Source: Alloascoidea hylecoeti
Taxonomy: Eukaryota
DNA: 64,000 bases
Direction of reading: 5' to 3'
NCBI GenBank assembly: GCA_001600815.1
Contig: BCKZ01000007.1
Span: 434,001 to 498,000 of the forward strand
In this document: in pieces, positions 47,931-61,668 of the stretch
Numbering within the stretch: position 1 is the stretch's first letter
Layout of the letters: each line of letters begins with the position of its first letter
Program-made: the position numbers and the translations under genes
The notes under the pieces: generated by a model
What the model was told of the DNA's origin: nothing
Database searches by the model: none
What the model saw: the letters and a program-made list of their open reading frames with translations, nothing else

Positions 47931-49620
47931 GATTGTAATATATACGTATGCCTATAGGTTAGTAGGTCACACAGTCTTTTCCTTTAGTGTTATTTAAAAG
48001 GAATTAATTCGTCTTCCGATTTTTCAAGACTCAAATCAATATAACTAAATCAATTGATAATATTGAACTAGTAAATGTTATTAGTATTCTAAACACTAGA
48101 AATTCTTATTTTTCAGTGTTCAATCCGTAAATTCTCTGCCTTTTCACACATCGAAATGATTGGATAAAATGACACCTTAGTTCGAATTCACTAACTATAA
48201 GGTTATATAAAACTAATTAATATTACGTGAAGGTCTTCATATAGAAAGAGAATATCAACACTTATCATGCCTACTATGTATTTACTACCAATTTCAATGA
48301 AACGCTACACATTGTAGTACACATTTGGATGGAAAAACTCTTTATCTCCATCCGACATAAAAAACCGTTTTAAATAATTATTTGGTCTTATGGTATTAAT
48401 TTTTGAAGAATTGATAAGCTGCTGCTTATAATTAAACCGATCCCCAAATCTTTCTCTAACGTTTCTTGGACATGCGTACGCTATGAACTAGAAACACTAC
48501 ATCGTATGATATTTTTTAATTTTCTCTCTTGAAGCCATTACTGTAGTGTAATTTCTTCTATTCTGAGCCTATCTGTTTAAAATTGGATGTGGTACATCTG
48601 AATATATGTATCCTCGCAAGCTTTGATACGCCCTAGGCCCTACACCTTTTTCAAAACATCACCAGTCTCTTTGACTAGAATTCCTCAAATTAAAGATCCT
48701 CGAATTTTGAAACCATGTTTGTTTGATTTCAATTATGTGTAGCTTAAAAGAAAAAATTTTGCAATGTTGGTTGTAAACCCGTTTGAAATTGTCTCATCTA
48801 TTTTTAATACCGATGTTAATGTTGTTTTTTTCTCCGTTTAAAATATTCGCTATTAGAGACATATGCGTATAAATACATGTAAGGGCTTACACTCTTTCTT
48901 GTTTGAGAGGAGAAAAAGCTTAAGCGATGTTGTAATTCAAAATAGGTATAAGTCTATAGGTTCATAAACTTTCGAACCTTTGAACTTCTGTCTATTTATA
49001 GAAATGTGTACAGTTTTAATTTCAATATCTTTATTTGAAGAGTCCCCTAGTCCATTATTCATTCTTAGCGAATGGATTTTCCAATATGATAAAGCAGGAA
49101 GTGATTATAATTAGAGGCAACTACATAAACTAATGCAATTGCAAGAGGTATAATGATGCTTACACAATTGCAATTAGTTTAAGATTTCTTCTTTTGGTAG
49201 GTTTAAGTTCAAAATCTATATTATATAAAACTTTATATGATTATTAAGAATTAAAGAAATTCTTACAATTGGATATTATAGGTTAATTATAATAACCTTG
49301 AAAATAATTATAATACCTATTTAGCTATAGCTAAAGATTTAGTTCGAACTTCGAATATCTAACCGATTCTAACGTATAGCACAAATTCGCATATAACGCT
49401 GTAAGCTTATACCTAATTATACATAATTTACGATATAGCTATAATTATAACTTATAAGATCTTATAAGACACAAGTCACACAACCGATCTCATGCAAATG
49501 AATTCGAAAAATTAGTTATTGCATATGGTATTACAAGCTTAAGTCAAATTTTATATTGTTGGTATTAATTTCTACATAGTATTACATAGTAATTGTAATG
49601 CAGTGCTTTCAATTCACGTC

Positions 49621-50236
49621 ATTTCGGCCGCTTTTTGAACAAAATATTCGGTCACCTTTTAATGAACAATTTTATCGACCTTACATTGTTCCTTTAACTC
49701 GACCAACATCTACATGGGTTACATGGGTTTATTTAAGTGCTTAATATATCTTCCGTCTTGTAACTTATAACTTGTAACTTGTACATAATCATGTTGAGAA
49801 ATAAAAAGTAATCTCATTTAATACATATTAATTATAGCATATAGAGCTATATTCTTAATATAATCTAATCTTTACCATTCTAGTAATATTCTGGTACTAT
49901 TATTAGAAAATTTATTGAATGTCAAATCTGATACTTATAGATCATCATATAGTAAAACAATCTTGTAACACAAATAGGTAAATGTATATAGTCGGATCGG
50001 ATTAATTCAAAACCAGTCTCCAGACTCAATCTAGAACAATGTTAACGTTAATAGAGCCACCCGTCATCCCCTTCGCTAATTACACTTCCTCAATACTATA
50101 GTTATACATGTATTATATAGGGCCCATACATAACATGGCTCGAGCTTACAATATAGAATTGTTCAATTAATGAAGGAGTGGTAGATAATTATTCATCAAA
50201 ATGTGGCCGAATATTTAACTCAAAGGTGATCGAAAT
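49621..50236. mobile_element. Degenerate inverted-repeat element; a third arm copy lies at 43754-43793
   Basis: ATTTCGGCCGCTTTTTGAACAAAATATTCGGTCACCTTTTAATGAACAATT (49621-49671) matches the reverse complement of 50187-50236. Confidence 0.6.
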
Positions 50237-51494
50237 AAATAGAAACACCAAAGTAAAATGTCCTAGTCAGTCTGCAAGAAGTCCGAAACCCGAAAGATCA
50301 CGGGGGTGAGCATATATGGCGATTAGTAAAGTGACCTGCCTAAGGTTGGGGTGTGTGTTGGATATATATTACACTCTTAGAACAGTTCACTAAAGAGTCG
50401 ATTGGCTTTTTGGCGCAATTGGGAGAACAGGCACTTTGAACTTTAGCAGAGTTCCATTAATAACCCGATTATTGAAACCTTAAAAACCAAACTTAAATAT
50501 TTCAAACAAACATCCACCAAATATAAATGTTACTAAAACTATTAACTCAATTAATCTTAATATTATTGTAACATAATATAGGTTTAGAGAACATTTGTGT
50601 TAGAGTTTTGATCTGTTTTGGAAGGCTTCCATGAACACAAATTATCTCATCATGGCAGTTGTATAATGAAAAATTTGTTTCACTTCGTCTAGTTATAGCG
50701 AATAACCAGTTCTTACAACTTGTCATTTCATCATCCAATGCAACTCTTTCACTTCGTTTCTTGGTTTTTCACTTTACAAAATTGATTGAGAACTTCAAGA
50801 AATGAGAGAACTAAAAACTAAAATAGGGGTTGGGTACCAGGTAAAATACATTGGGACGAACAAAAATACAGATAACTTCTACATCACCAATTTTGTATGC
50901 TTGCAGTAACTGATAAAGTGGTTAACTTTGGCAAAAGCTGAATGTGGATAAAATCAAAAGTTTAAATTTTGACTGTGGTCGATTAATTTACTTTCAAGTC
51001 GCAGGCTCGATCCAAAGGTGGAGTTAAAAGAAAAACGATTATTAGAATTGGGCGGCCAAGAGCAAACAGAGGATTGTGTTGGATATATGGTACAGTATAG
51101 CTTAAAATTAGTTTAAAATAGTGTAATAGAGATTCATATGACTTTTGCTAAAGAAAAAAGATATTCAATTTAAAAATTTTCTGGAGGATGACCCAAATTC
51201 ATGATTGCTGATTGTTATAAAGATAGATGTTAAGAATCTTATTGGTTGGAGATTTATCAGTGCAATTGGGAGGACAAAAAAAAAAAATCTCTCTAATTGG
51301 TGCTAGAAGTTAATCAAGCTCCCAATTGCAATCTCTGAAATTTAATATTTTACATTAATTGTCTTTCTCAAAGTAAAATTAAACACACAACAACTAAATA
51401 TTACTAAAGTAATCATAATAAGATCCTTTGCTACTAGAAGAGAAAACATATTGACACAAGGATGAAAGCTTCATAGACGTGGTGAAAATATAAC

Positions 51495-51712
51495 AATTGG
51501 ACTGATTTGAAGAGTACATAACAACTGGAGCGCCACGAATACTATATAATACAAAGGACTAAACAGGATAATTGGTACTAATATTAATGTACCCTAATAC
51601 AAATAATAAAAATGGATCCGTTTAGTCTATTTGTATTGTATAGTACTCATGGCGCTCCAGTTGTTACGTGCTCAAATTAGTTCAATGTTTTCGTCTTCAA
51701 ATAAGTCCAATT
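51495..51712. mobile_element. MITE-like foldback with ~58-bp inner arms and 19-bp outer arms
   Basis: 51512-51569 is the inverse of 51616-51673 (core TAACAACTGGAGCGCCA); outer AATTGGACTGATTTGAAGA / TCTTCAAATAAGTCCAATT. Confidence 0.75.
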
Positions 51713-52431
51713 TCTTTTTTTTTGGCCAGGGTCTATTTGAATCAACTGATTGTATTATAAGAATACGACACAAATACTTAGCGCTCGTGAGGATATTGAA
51801 TGTTCGATGAGAAATGTTCGTTCGCAAATGCATATATGTGTTATAGAAGCCTTACATATAGAATTCGAATGTTCCGATGTATTTGTAATCTGCGTTATCG
51901 AAGGGGTGAAGCTTCACCAAAAGCGAGGAAGGGCAAGATCAACCGACTAGGGGGGGGCACCGAGGGGCGAACCGAATTAATTAAAACTATTGGATATGAC
52001 TACATATGATATTTGAAAATATGCCCATTTTATGTGTAATTGTTAATTAATTATTTAGAGCTGTTGACTATTAATGATGAATTTAAAAAGAAACTTAAAA
52101 TTTCAAAATAGTTAACAGATAATTATAAACGAATCATGATCTTTATTATTACTAGCTTAGTCTATGCTATAATATTTATAATATAAATATAAGCCAAAAA
52201 AACAACAACTTGAAAGTGGCTAATCATATATTAATATTAATAAAGAATAAAGGCTAAAGAAAACAAGTGAACAAAATCAAACTTGAATATATTAATATTA
52301 ATTGATTAAATAACAATATTATTGCTATTATTATTATGGAAAAATAAAAACCAGCATACGGTCAACGGTTCCATTTGGCCAAATAAATATATCTTATTAG
52401 ACATATTAACATCACATATTTACATTTTGTT

Positions 52432-54150
52432 TTAAATGATACTACAATCTTGAAATTCAATATCACCTTGTAAGTATGGGGTTTGCCGCTGCTGAGCTGG
52501 TTTACCTTTAAGGTTATTTAGAGCACTAGATCGTAAAGATCCGCCACTATTGCTTGAATTTCCACTCCGAATCGATGTACCATAACTGTGGGTGGGCTTT
52601 TGTTGTAATGCAGCAGGATCAATACCTCTAAGTCTAGGAACTCTTGGCTCCATCCCAGCACTTGGTGTATATCTTTTTCCATATACTTTTCCTCTAGGTC
52701 CACGTGGTTGTATATTTTTAGTTACTGGTACAGCTAGCGTGAAGGGTGTGGTTTGAGCTAATGATGGGATCCTTTCTCTTTGTTGAGTCATGTTTAGGGA
52801 ATCTTCAGGTATAACTTCATCTCCTTGTGTATTAATGATTTTAGGGTCAATGCTTTCTTGTAAAAATTTATTTGCAATATAATTATATAGCGTGAACCAT
52901 GCTTCTTCAACTTCATTTGTGAAATCATCTTCAAACCTGTCACTTAATGTCCTCATTAAAGCCCTCCCCATTAGTTCGTATTGAAAAGGTTCAACGCCCA
53001 GAATTCTAGTGTGCCTTCTGCCAAGACTACCTAAATAGTCATCTAGAACTTCGATATGATCTAATTGTGAAATTGTAGTACTGAAAACACCAGCAAAGGC
53101 AACCGATTGATGTAAAATAGATGGGAATAACTGTTCGATTCCAGGAGTCATGCTAATCAAATTAGCGTACATTTGACGACAGAACAATGTAGACCCAACT
53201 GCAGAGAAAATAGGAACAGAACCATAACCATGGCCACCCATTGGCATCGGCCTTGACTCGCCCGATTCGTCCTTGTCATTCACTATCTGATCCCATGTTT
53301 TCTTCAATATTGCTATTTCTTCATTAGATAAATCAAGAGTTATTTTAACCTGACCAAAAAAATTAGGAGTTACAGCCTCTTGAAGCTTGAGATCCTTTTT
53401 TCCATCTTCTTCTTTTCCTATGTTTGCATTAGCGACGACTACTATTTTAGAAGCCTCATTGATAGAAAGAACCGATCCCTTCCTGGTAACTGGACCGCTA
53501 ATACCAGTAGTTCTTAAATTAATGACGTGATCTGCTTGAAATATGCCACCAATTAAAGTCTTATCCGCAATATATTTATCTTTTTCACTATCTTTATCTG
53601 TGCTAGAACCACTTGAGTTACCTGATTTCCCTGATATCGACTGCATAGAGTCATGTCTGTTTATTGATTGCAAAGCACTGTTTAAGGATGTGGCCGCAGT
53701 TGCTGCTGGAGTTATAGACGATCCAAAATCAGATTGAGATGAGGTATTTGAGGAATTAAAAGAAAAATCCAATGTTGTTGTACTATCTATAGTTGGTAAT
53801 TGCTGCTTGCTGTAGCTTAAATTAAAGTTTGAGGGTCGATTTAATGAGAATTGAGGGACATTATAAGGTACCGGCTTTCCACCTTCTAATTCCGGTGAAC
53901 CTTGGATACTCGAAGAGAGTGTGTCAGAAATACTTCTATCACTATCAAATCTTCTTAAAGATTTTCTGTTATTTGATGAGAAGGTTGAGTTTGCTGTGCT
54001 TTCGGTACTATCAGTTGCATATGTGTTTTGTGTCGTTATGGTCGTCTCTGTTTTTGTTGTTTCGACGGAAGACTGTCGTTTGTGAAGGGCAGCCAATAAT
54101 CTTTTCTTCTCTTTTTCCTTTTCTCGATGCTCCTTATTTCTTCTAAACAT
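52432..54150 (-). CDS. Fungal globin-domain protein (YNL234W-like) with C-terminal CaaX, 572 aa
   Basis: LSNEEIAILKKTW (A helix), FCRQMYANL..P.IEQLFPS (B-CD1), HQSVAF (E), LGRRHTRILGV (proximal His), YELMGRAL, EEAW..LY; ends in CSII. Confidence 0.92.
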   Translation of the reverse strand: MFRRNKEHREKEKEKKRLLAALHKRQSSVETTKTETTITTQNTYATDSTESTANSTFSSNNRKSLRRFDSDRSISDTLSSSIQGSPELEGGKPVPYNVPQFSLNRPSNFNLSYSKQQLPTIDSTTTLDFSFNSSNTSSQSDFGSSITPAATAATSLNSALQSINRHDSMQSISGKSGNSSGSSTDKDSEKDKYIADKTLIGGIFQADHVINLRTTGISGPVTRKGSVLSINEASKIVVVANANIGKEEDGKKDLKLQEAVTPNFFGQVKITLDLSNEEIAILKKTWDQIVNDKDESGESRPMPMGGHGYGSVPIFSAVGSTLFCRQMYANLISMTPGIEQLFPSILHQSVAFAGVFSTTISQLDHIEVLDDYLGSLGRRHTRILGVEPFQYELMGRALMRTLSDRFEDDFTNEVEEAWFTLYNYIANKFLQESIDPKIINTQGDEVIPEDSLNMTQQRERIPSLAQTTPFTLAVPVTKNIQPRGPRGKVYGKRYTPSAGMEPRVPRLRGIDPAALQQKPTHSYGTSIRSGNSSNSGGSLRSSALNNLKGKPAQQRQTPYLQGDIEFQDCSII

Positions 54151-55347
54151 TGTATATGGGCAATTTCTTTATATATATGTACTGATATAATATGATTTGT
54201 TAAGGCAAAAACGCGAACAAATACTCAATAACAATAATGTGAAGTTTGGACAGTTAAGGAAAAAATGGGGTATGGAAAGGAAAAAGGAAACGCGGGTATC
54301 TTTTAGTTTATATACAAAAAGATAATTAAATTTAGCTTGAATTTACAAGACTGGAACACAGATTTCCTAAACTAAAAGACTTTCAGTTTATATATAAATT
54401 ATAATTATGTTGTTTAATAAAAGAATTATATAATTAACTATGTTAATGTATAAGAAGCATATTGGATATGTGCATGTGTATGTGCAGGTGCATATATATA
54501 TATATATACATATACATATACATGTACTCCCTCCTAAATAAAATATTAGTTCATTATATAAGGCTTTAATTACAATTTTATAACCTTTTTGTGAAATGTG
54601 AGCTCAAGATATGCATATGCCGATTGTACTACATCAATGATAAAAAAGAGTCAATTGCAACTGGTAAGTAAAACGAAATTTTGTTAATATTCTTGAAGAG
54701 GCTTTTATTCGAGTAATTGGTCACATCGATATCGTTTTTGGTGTGATTCTTTCGAAATCACCGTTCGGAGTTCTTGAATCTTGATCATGATCATGAATAT
54801 TCATGACACCGTATATATAGCTAGTAGCCATATGAGTTCGATAATACACATGCATCATTGATTGATAACATTCCTTCTATACCTAATAAACAATATAGGC
54901 CTATAACAAATAAAAGTAAAACTTCATATAAAACTTCATAGAACTTTATAAAATTCGTCATTTAGTTTCAGTTTAATTGATCATGATCATGAGGAGTCTT
55001 AATTCTTGACATTTTTGTACCAAATTAATTACTTTTGTATTGTCTGGAACCTTAATTAATAAGCTTTTACACATTATATAAGTTGAAATAGAAGTTTCTC
55101 CGGTCGTAGCATACCCAGCAGCTGATCGTATAAAATAGATTAATAAATGAAATGATCCCTGAAAGATTGGAAAAGTAAAATTACCAGAATTAAACCGCTT
55201 CGCCAACTCACAATACGGTCTGTCCCCAAAATCCACTAACAAATGTTTACACTGTGATCATGATCATGATCAACAATTGTAATCACATGATCAATTGCCA
55301 AGTTATTCAGAAACATGATATGACCATGTTCATGCTTCAAGCAAATG

Positions 55348-56087
55348 ACTAAGGCTCTCGAAAGATTTTGGACGATTTTTCAAACAAGTATCTTAATTTC
55401 CGGGAAATAATTTGTCGATGTTCCGTGTATTAATTTGGGTATTTGTTGAAAAGGTATTTTGCCGAGTTTTAGAGAATATTTCATCAATTATTTGAGAATG
55501 TATTTCGCCCAATCTTTGATAAATATATGCTGAATAGTGCTATTTCAAAAAATGTATTCGTGAATTTTATGAAAAAGAAGTGTTTTTCAGGATTTTCAGA
55601 AACGTAATTTGCCAGTTTCAAGTACAATAATTGGTGGGATCTAAAAAATAATATTTCGTCGATCTCAGAAAAATTAATGTAACACGAGTAGGTAATATAA
55701 AAGTATTTTTCCATCGCTTTTCTCATCGCTATACATTATTGATTTTGAAAACAGCGTATCACATCTTTAAAAAACGTCAAAACACTAAGCTTAAATCCAC
55801 TAGTATTAATTATTATTGTGAAGTCAGTAAACTATTTCCCATAGAAAAAACTCACCAGTTATATATAATCTTGAAACTGCTGAAATTTAATTTTCTTAAA
55901 ACAAATAAAATCCTAGAAATAGCTTTTCAAATAATCGACAAAGTATTTTTTAGAAATTAGAAAATTCCTTTTCACGAACAAAACACTTTTACGAAAAATC
56001 GGCAAATTGTTTTCCGGAAATTAAAACATGCAAGATATACCGGTACTTGTTTAAAAAATCGGGTAAAACTTTTTCGAAAAGCCCAGT
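55348..56087. mobile_element. ~740-bp degenerate palindromic (foldback / long-TIR) non-autonomous element
   Basis: Left GGCTCTCGAAAGATTTT..AAACAAGTA..TTAATTTCCGGGAAATAATTTGTCGAT aligns with the reverse complement of the right end; similarity continues inward (TGAAAAGG, ATTATTTGA, CAGTTTCAAG). Confidence 0.75.
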
Positions 56088-58885
56088 GGAATTACTATAT
56101 GGGGGGGTGAATTTAAAGACTCGATATATATATCATTATCGATAAATTATTTCATAATTATGTTGCAATTGAATTTCAATATTGATATTAATATTGTGCT
56201 CTTAATTATATATATATATATAAATAAGTTCATGATCAACTGTTCAAGTTTTTAAAAGCTTCAGTCACATATAAATCAGCAGAAACCATGTATAAGAGGC
56301 TCGGGAATCATCAACCCGCACTAGACATGCGATCCGGTGAAAAAAAAAAAAATGTTAGAATATGATTCAACGATTATTAGCTTTCATGATGATAAGCGCC
56401 AGCACATAGATATACAAAATTAATATTCTAAAAGGCTTGTAAGTATTCTTTTAGCTACGATATATGCTACTACACCGAGCTATATCTGATAAGAATATAA
56501 TTTACATAATATATTGTTTTCAGAGCTCTAGATTTAAATTTGGATAATAGAAGATAATTAAAATTATTAGGAGTTAATTACAACTACAACGTTGCTGTAG
56601 GGCGTAGGGCAGCGGATATCTAACTTCCTATCAATTTGGGCATTCCAGAATCCAAACTGTACCGGTACATGTACAAGTTATATGCGCAGACATTGGGGGT
56701 AATCAGCACCATTGAGCGGTGCCAATGAGCACCAAGCAGCTGGTGCCAGTTCAGATTAATTTAACTTTATAATATATCGCGAAAGATAATAATACATTAC
56801 ATCCAATGGCACAGTATATGCATATAAGATACGCCGTGCATAGAAAGATATTAATTCCCGATAGTTATTATTACCGAATATAAATTATAATGGCATCCTT
56901 CAAATTTATTTATTGATCTCCCTGATTGTGAATTTGTGATATAAAAATATTATGAATTGAAAGTTGAGATTAATCATTAATCTTTCAACTCCCGATCGCG
57001 ATTTAATTATATCAAAGTTATGCATACTTACATAATATTTATCAATACGCTTCGAAAAAAAGGTATATCTGCATATGTATGTCAAATTCAGATATCGATA
57101 AAAATATAATCATAATTATAATGGAGTGGCTGCATTCAAATTCAATATCGATATCCACAGATTCCACTGTATGAAACAGCTTTTACTATTTATATTAGCG
57201 CTATTTATATGGTCTCTGCAATAATTATATAGAACGCAGTAAGCACAATGAAAATAGAGAAACAAATGGACCGTAAAGCTTTATTGGTCTCTATACACTC
57301 GAATTGTTATAAAATTTCCTCGATTTCATAATAAGATTGGACGTAGATCGTACATGAAATGACTTGTTAATTTGGCGCGCTATGTATTTCACGTACCCGG
57401 AATCAATAGAGCTACTTTTTTCTAGCAATTCCAAATCTCTTTTTGTTCGATAACTTTAACCATTAAAAATTAAAAGAAATTAAAAGTCATTGATATCCTA
57501 ATCATTACTTTTTAGCTGATATAACCACTATCAAAGACGCATGTGAGAGTATATTCGTAGGTTGTTATTCGCGATTGTACCATTATTTTTGAGAAAGACT
57601 AATGAAATATTTGGGAATCAATTGGCGAAATAAGCGGTAATTGAGTCGTCAATCTTTTGAAAATTTAATGGTGTACATAAAATTTAATTAAAGCCACCCG
57701 TAAGTAGTAGTATAAGTTATAAATTATAACTATAGTTTGTAAGATAATATATTGGCCATTCATCAGCTTTTTAATTAGTGTTCTCTATGAACATTTTGCT
57801 CAAACGTCTACAAACTTAACACCAGTTAGTTGTGCGCACTCTAAGAGTTTCACTCTGAAACAACTACAATACCAGCATTTCAAACAGTTGATCAAACATT
57901 TACTGGCTTAAACCCTCAATCCGTCGTGCTTAATTATAATATGAAATTTTTTAAAACACTTTCGAATTGGGTGAAAAACATCCCCACTCAAACCAAACTA
58001 TATCATCGATCAAAGTGATTTCGCTTCATGTTGATCTAATATTATGTTTATCGGAATTAATAGCTAATGGTCAATCTATTTTAAAGACTCTGTTCATCGT
58101 GTGTGCAAGTTTTAAACCGATCACATGTCGTTTAACTAGATCTAGAACTCAATATTATCTATTAGCGCTATCCAAAAATAATTGATCACCCGGTTTGTCT
58201 CCGCCATTAATCACCTCATTGGAATCAATATTTACATGTTCACTTCATTAAGTTTTCACGTCTCTGATAGATAGTTTAGAGAAAGCGCCAAATGAAATGA
58301 AAAACTGCTGAATAACCAATATCTTACAAATTACTACAGGTGGCTGCAATTACCAAACGCTATTAAATAAATATGAGAGGATTACTAACTCATTTCCCTC
58401 CCACCTCCCAAATTAATACCCAATATTTTGGTAGGGATTTAAACCAAGAATTTGACTTATATACATGGCTTCAATTGCATTTTTTCCCAGGATTCTTCTT
58501 ATAATAAATTTCTCAAATTTCAATTTTTTACTCTTTTAATGATTAAAGAAACTCTAAAATATTGATGTTTTAATGTATCTCAAAAATAACATTCATACCT
58601 GGAAAAACCGTTATCTTCTTGACAATAGAGATATATTATCTTAAACAACATTTAAACGATACTAATGGAATCTATATTTAACTATTTGTCTAAGAGACCA
58701 CATCGATCATTAATGTTATTGTTACCTTTACAAAGTGTTGGGAAGCCTATCTTAATTATATAACATAACATTATATTAGTGAATATATATTAATTAATAG
58801 TTGTAGTTATGACATAAATTGATAATTTCAACTTTAATATTTTTCAAATTGATCGTTAGTATTAGTGTTTAAATATAAGATTTTT

Positions 58886-60082
58886 TTAATTTTCAATTGA
58901 TAAAACTTTTTTAGCAGCTCTAACAATAGTTGTAGTATCAGGGAAAGCAAAGTTTTCTAATTCACCAGCATAAGGGGTTGGAACTTCACAACCAGTAACT
59001 CTTTCAATTGGAGCATCTAAATAATCAAAACCTTCACCTTCCATTACTTGTGCACAAATTTCAGATCCAACACCAAAAGCTGGGAAAGCAGCTTCAACAG
59101 TAATTAAATGATTTGTCTTTTTTAATGATTTATTTATTGCTGATACATCTAATGGTCTAATTGATCTTAAGTTTAAAACTTCAACAGAAACACCATATTT
59201 TGATTTTAATTCGTCTGCAGCTTCTAATGAAAAATCAACATTTCTTGTATGTGTAACAATTGTTAAATCAGTTCCTTCTCTTTCGATTTTTGCTTTACCA
59301 ATTGGTAAGACAAAATCAGGATCTAAAACTTCAGCAGAAACTTCAAAAGATTTATTATATAGAATTTCATTCTCTAGGAAGATAACAGGATTTGGATCTC
59401 TAATAGAAGCTTTTAATAAACCTCTACAATCTTCAGCAGAATATGGAGAAACGACCTTTAACCCAGGAATTGAACCATACCAAGCAGCAAAATCTTGTGA
59501 ATGTTGAGCACCAACACCAGCAGCAGCACCATTTGGTCCTCTAAAAGTGATATTACATGGTTGTCTTCCACCAGACATGTATAATGTTTTTGCAGCAGAA
59601 TTAACAATTTGATCAATTGCTTGCATTGCAAAATTCCAAGACATAAATTCACAAACTGGATGTAAACCAGCAAAAGCAGCACCAACACATAAGCCAGCAA
59701 ATCCCATTTCTGTAATCGGAGTATCAACAATTCTTCTATCACCATATTTATCTAATAATCCTTTTGAAACTTTATAGGCACCATTATATTGTGCAACTTC
59801 TTCACCCATTAGGAAAACATTTTCATCTCGATCTAATTCTTCTGCTAGTGCGGAATTCAAAGCATCACGTACCGTCATTGTTTGAGTACCAGCAGCGGAG
59901 CTCATTCCTTTTGAACCAGGTATATTTGAACAAGAATTGTTGAAAGCCGAATATAATCCGGGATTCATAATCGGCTTTCTCATCATGTTACTACTACCAG
60001 CATTACGGGCGATTGATGAAGCTGACGATCGTGATGATACCTTTGCTGCAAATTTAGCAGTTTTTGCAATGGTGCTAGACAT
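58886..60082 (-). CDS. PDB1: Pyruvate dehydrogenase E1 beta subunit, mitochondrial, 398 aa
   Basis: Basic presequence; [66 protein letters not shown]. Confidence 0.98.
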   Translation of the reverse strand: MSSTIAKTAKFAAKVSSRSSASSIARNAGSSNMMRKPIMNPGLYSAFNNSCSNIPGSKGMSSAAGTQTMTVRDALNSALAEELDRDENVFLMGEEVAQYNGAYKVSKGLLDKYGDRRIVDTPITEMGFAGLCVGAAFAGLHPVCEFMSWNFAMQAIDQIVNSAAKTLYMSGGRQPCNITFRGPNGAAAGVGAQHSQDFAAWYGSIPGLKVVSPYSAEDCRGLLKASIRDPNPVIFLENEILYNKSFEVSAEVLDPDFVLPIGKAKIEREGTDLTIVTHTRNVDFSLEAADELKSKYGVSVEVLNLRSIRPLDVSAINKSLKKTNHLITVEAAFPAFGVGSEICAQVMEGEGFDYLDAPIERVTGCEVPTPYAGELENFAFPDTTTIVRAAKKVLSIEN

Positions 60083-60293
60083 TATATAAATATATTTCAA
60101 AGGATTTTTGAAAGTTATGGGAAAGGAGAAAGAACAAGTTTTGATAACGGTTTTTTTTTAGAAAATAGAACAAGGAACGGTGTATGTTTGGAGGTTACCT
60201 CATCTGCGAAATTTTAGTACAACAATGCTACCAAATTAACTTCTCGAGTCCTACGAATTAATATGTATATTAATCATTTAGTTAATTCTATAT

Positions 60294-61526
60294 TTATAAA
60301 TAAGGATATCCTACATAATCTCCACCAATAACATATACTAAAGTCACGCCAATATACCCAAATATCATTCCAACCACCTTTTCAGTAAATGAATGAAAAT
60401 AGACAGCAGTCATTAACATCATCCAAACCCAGATCATTTGTAAAGCAAATATTGAACCTAGCGCATATTTCATGTATCTCGTTATATTGCGGTAGCTATT
60501 GGTTGATTTTGCCAGTGCTTTAATTGTTGGTTTATTTAATAGTATATTATTTATCAAAGGGATTAATTCAAACCAGATATATAATGACATTTGAGTCATT
60601 AAAAATAAATGACCACTTGGATCATGACCATTTACCCAACTTCCTCTAATTTTCCTACAAATCGATGATGATGCGATATATAATGATAATGATGGAGATG
60701 GTGATACTGGCGATGATGATGATGATGATGATGATGGAGTTATTACTTTTCTATTACGCTTAGGTAATTTCTTTTGATTTTCAAGTAATATTTTAATAAT
60801 TTCTCTTCCTTTTTTTGAAATAAATGTTTTATCATCTAAAATTTCATTTAATTTTTTCATTGTAAGTTCATTTTCATCAATACTATCAATATTTGGGTCA
60901 GATAACATTGGCATTAAAGGTGGTAAAGAATCAGGCTTATCTTGGTTATTTTCTGGTGATAAATTGTTGGGTAATCCTATATTTGGTACCAAGATTGGTG
61001 ATAATAATGGAGATATATCTTTATCAACATTAATTTGACATGATCCTCCACTTACAAGGAAGATTCTATCCATTATTGGCATACCAAAAAACCATTGTGT
61101 ATAGAATATGAACCAAGTAGTAATTAAAATGTATCTTATGAAAATCCAAAAGAGGGCTTTGGAAGAATCTTTATTAGGATTTGAAATTAAATTTCCATTT
61201 TCATTATCATCTTTTTTCGTTTTTATTTGCTTTTGTGTTTTCAATATTAACTTTTGATTATTTGTAACGAAGAATTTGAAATAGAGAACAATACAAGAGA
61301 ATAAAATTGAGATTGCTACTGTTGTCCATAACCAACCTTTCTTAACAAAATAAACATTAAGAAAGTTTCCTTTTAATCCAAATCTTGTACCAATACCATT
61401 TGGACCATCATATAGCCATAATTTATCTTGACCAATTAACAAAGAGAACAGATATAGAGACTGACCGAATAGTAATAAAAGGGGATAAAATAGGAACAAG
61501 ATTGTTAGTTCCAAAGGCAATTTCAT
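60294..61526 (-). CDS. SCS3: FIT-family ER acyl-CoA diphosphatase, 410 aa
   Basis: [40 protein letters not shown]...[27 protein letters not shown]; first ATG 61526. Confidence 0.92.
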   Translation of the reverse strand: MKLPLELTILFLFYPLLLLFGQSLYLFSLLIGQDKLWLYDGPNGIGTRFGLKGNFLNVYFVKKGWLWTTVAISILFSCIVLYFKFFVTNNQKLILKTQKQIKTKKDDNENGNLISNPNKDSSKALFWIFIRYILITTWFIFYTQWFFGMPIMDRIFLVSGGSCQINVDKDISPLLSPILVPNIGLPNNLSPENNQDKPDSLPPLMPMLSDPNIDSIDENELTMKKLNEILDDKTFISKKGREIIKILLENQKKLPKRNRKVITPSSSSSSSSPVSPSPSLSLYIASSSICRKIRGSWVNGHDPSGHLFLMTQMSLYIWFELIPLINNILLNKPTIKALAKSTNSYRNITRYMKYALGSIFALQMIWVWMMLMTAVYFHSFTEKVVGMIFGYIGVTLVYVIGGDYVGYPYL

Positions 61527-61668
61527 TATATTTGATGGAGACACAACAAAAAATATTGGAGTGATTATAAAGTTAAGAAGTAGCCGATTGGATCATGTGA
61601 CCGGAAACATCCTTCTTAATGACACTTCACGTTCACGATCACGATCAATAAAAAATAATATACACACA

